DNA of 64,000 nt from Macrostomum hystrix (taxonomy: Eukaryota > Animalia > Platyhelminthes): assembly GCA_950097015.1 (NCBI GenBank), contig CATNEN010000038.1:34162001-34226000 (forward strand). The letters are read 5' to 3'. Below, in pieces: positions 61,380 through 64,000 of this stretch. Every line of letters begins with the position of its first letter. Positions within the stretch are counted from its first letter, which is position 1. The notes under the pieces were generated by a model. It saw nothing but the letters and a program-made list of their open reading frames with translations. It was not told the DNA's origin and did no database searches. The translations under genes and the position numbers were made by a program.

Positions 61380-62381
61380 CTGCAGCCAGCGAGGAGGCAA
61401 TTCGGCCCATTTCGCTGGCTCCTTAGCACACAAAAACAGATACTGTACGCAGGCAGCACACGCAGGCAGGCAGGAATTGAGCTCATGGACCTTGGTGCGA
61501 GAGGCAAACGCGTTTACCGCCCTCTACCACTCACCCCTTTGTTAAGAACTTCCTTAAATACTATCAATCATCAGCGATTAATAGAATAGTTGACGATTCT
61601 CAAGCTAGGTTATAGCCTAGATTATAGCTAGATTAAAGGTCGAGATTTCGAATCTCAGCTCTAGTGATAAACTCTTTGTCCTATTTAGGACATGAATTCG
61701 AATATTTCATTCAACTTTCATGACAGGATGAAACATTTGCGTACGGAAGAGCTTCGATTTCTCTATCCGTATTTTATTTTCTATATGTTTAGCGGCTAAG
61801 CTGTGTACACCTGATATACCTGCTGTAGAGGTTTTATCTCTATCTTTATTGCGATATTTACAAATATAGACTCACGCTAAGTGGTATAATACTCGTACTT
61901 TATAAAACTAACCGAAAGAAAACAAAATTGTTATATTTTGTGCTTCATAATTTCATTTCTATTTAAATTTCGCATACGGGAATGGGACAAGTATCTGTTA
62001 AGACGTTGTCATGGTTAATCAATGAACTCACCAGATCAAGCTGTGGCCATTGTGCCTTCAGATAAATGTAGCTAAGTCGTTAAAAAAGAATCACAGCAAG
62101 TATTTTGCCTGTACTTGTCAACGTGAATGTATTTTTTTAATTTTAATGCGCAGATGACAATCACAGAGAAACATCTCTAAAAGCTGCTGCTTTTGAAGAA
62201 TTTAAAGGCACAACTAGGGTAAAAGCTTTTAAAATGTGATGTATGATGCGTAGTTGAAAAGCTATTTGACAGACACTTTAATAGACAACGGCCAATAAAA
62301 TGAAACTGCTTTAGTAACTGCTTCGACTTTCACAATAAATGTCCGCTGCATGTTTCACAAGCGAGTCTCACTAGCAACAAA

Positions 62382-63221
62382 ATGGGACCACTGCTAGCTC
62401 AGCTAGTCCTGTTGCAGATTTTGAACAATCAAGCCACCAGCTGCAGAACCACCTTCCACCCAATTCTCACGGCGAACTGTGTGTCAAAAGTTCACCAGCA
62501 GGCGCTCAATCTTGACATCGCGGCCTGCGCACTCCGCTGTCGGACAGCTCCGAGGTGCCGAGCCTTCGCCATGGAGCCGTCGACTCCGACGACGCAGCAG
62601 CTCTGCCTGTTGTTCGCATTCGATGCCTGCAGCTCGCAGCTGCTGCTCGATCCCAGCTCGTGGAGCAGCGGCTGCGGCAGCAGAAGGCTCCGAGTGTTCG
62701 TCAAGCAGTCGGAGGGTCTCGAGCCGGGCCGACTGTGTCCAGCCGACTATCGATGGGTGAGCGGCGTCAGTGGCAGCCAGTTCAAGGGATCGCTGTACAA
62801 GGCTGCGGGGAACAGGCAGGTCGGGAGCTGGAACACCCAGGCTGTCAGCTGCCGGAGCTTCCTGAACATCTTGGAGGGCTCCGCCATGCCGCTGACGAAG
62901 CTGGCCGATCTGAGCAGCGTCCAGGAGCTCCAGGATGTGAGGACGTCCATTGAACTCGCCAGTGGTGACATCTGGGTGGGCGCCACCTCACTGGGCAACG
63001 GCAGCTGGGCCTGGCCTGACTGCGGCTGGCCGCTGCCTCTCAGTACAACCGGCAATGGCGGACTGTGGAACACTGGCGAGCCCAACGAAGCAAACAGCAG
63101 CGACATTAGGGCCAGGATTTTGAGCTCGGGCCTCTCGGACCGACCCGCCAGTTTGCAGTTCTATAACGGTGCCTGCGAGTGCTCTGATCCATTTTCGTTC
63201 TTCACTACTACTGGCCTATGA
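62382..63221 (+). CDS. Secreted PAN/apple + C-type lectin domain protein, intronless, 279 aa
   Basis: Hydrophobic N-terminus MGPLLAQLVLLQIL; PAN-like CALRCRTAPRCRAF..CLL; CTLD motifs C..LADLSS.QE..DIWVGA..W.W.D..WNTGEPN..CEC. Confidence 0.8.
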   Translation: MGPLLAQLVLLQILNNQATSCRTTFHPILTANCVSKVHQQALNLDIAACALRCRTAPRCRAFAMEPSTPTTQQLCLLFAFDACSSQLLLDPSSWSSGCGSRRLRVFVKQSEGLEPGRLCPADYRWVSGVSGSQFKGSLYKAAGNRQVGSWNTQAVSCRSFLNILEGSAMPLTKLADLSSVQELQDVRTSIELASGDIWVGATSLGNGSWAWPDCGWPLPLSTTGNGGLWNTGEPNEANSSDIRARILSSGLSDRPASLQFYNGACECSDPFSFFTTTGL

Positions 63222-63424
63222 AGAGTTGTCATCAAGCTTAGGACTTAAGAAGGATGAATGTTCTTGTTTTATTCTTAATTGTGTCCTTGTTGGCTTACTG
63301 ATCTACTTAGTTTGCTTGTGTGAGATTCGCGGGCCAGAATTCGCGATCTTGCTTTGTTCTACAATTTCGAATCCGGGAGTGCAACGGCGCCTGCGAGTGC
63401 TCGGGCCCGTTTTGGTACTTTTGG

Positions 63425-63662
63425 CAATACGTATGGTCTATTCGAAAGTCTGTGGTCAATACGTATGGTCTATTCGAAAGTCTGTGGTCAATACGTATGG
63501 TCTATTCGAAAGTCTGTGGTCAATTCGTATGGTCTATTCGAAAGTCTGTGGTCAATACATATGGTCTATTCGAACTGTGGTCAATACGTATGGTCTATTC
63601 GAACTGTGGTCAATACGTATGGTCTATTCGAACTGTGGTCAATACGTATGGTCTATTCGAAC
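63425..63662. repeat. 32/29-bp minisatellite CAATACGTATGGTCTATTCGAA(AGT)CTGTGGT
   Basis: Tandem copies; one more copy at ~63808-63845. Confidence 0.9.
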
Positions 63663-64000
63663 CAAAGATTATAAATACCAAATACCAAATACCAAATACC
63701 AAAGATGATAAATTATAAATTTAAATTTAATTAAAATTAATTAATTAATTAAAATTATAAATTTAAAATTATAAATTATAAATAAATAGGGTATTTATAA
63801 TCTTTGATTCGAGCTGTGGTCAATACGCATGGTCTATACGAACTATAAATTATCAATGTGAACTACCAGCTATAAAATAAAAAAGCGCACTATGAATACC
63901 ATAGACATAAATATGTCAGCTAAAATGTCTTAGGGTAAAAAGAAATCCTTCGCGTCCGTCTGTCAACTTTCCTTTTAACGGCCATAGACAAAACGACGAC

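Noticed and set aside
63169-63718. ORFs of 106-179 aa after the lectin
   Set aside because: Composed of UTR-like sequence, the relic lectin tail and a minisatellite.

Overview
Eukaryotic (metazoan) genomic DNA with GC-rich exons, AT-rich spacers and a different tandem repeat in most introns. This landscape resembles Macrostomum-type flatworm genomes (inference only). I reconstructed six host genes by hand from GT-AG sites and reading-frame phase. Minus strand: an 18-exon CC2D2A/MKS6 (625-23433, ~1616 aa), an intronless YPEL, a 3-exon MRPL2 and a kinase-less degenerate tandem cNMP-binding protein. Plus strand: a 5-exon ARM-TIR-SAM-like gene and an intronless secreted PAN/C-type lectin. The mobile elements are a 9.06-kb foldback-type DNA transposon (25254-34315), a 5'-truncated RNase H-bearing LINE, a solo LTR, a tRNA-derived SINE and two further MITEs. 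The foldback element has ~1.45-kb near-identical unique TIRs, minisatellite inner arms and an 8-bp TSD. It carries a half USP (C19) deubiquitinase domain, a spliced Gln-rich coiled-coil gene and three nested MITEs, but no visible transposase. The most interesting signals are this cargo-carrying foldback element, inverted copies of one minisatellite bracketing a symmetric CC2D2A exon, minisatellites built from splice-signal motifs, and the SARM1-like shuffled ARM-TIR-SAM protein next to a lectin. Most long ORFs in the supplied track are artefacts of tandem repeats.
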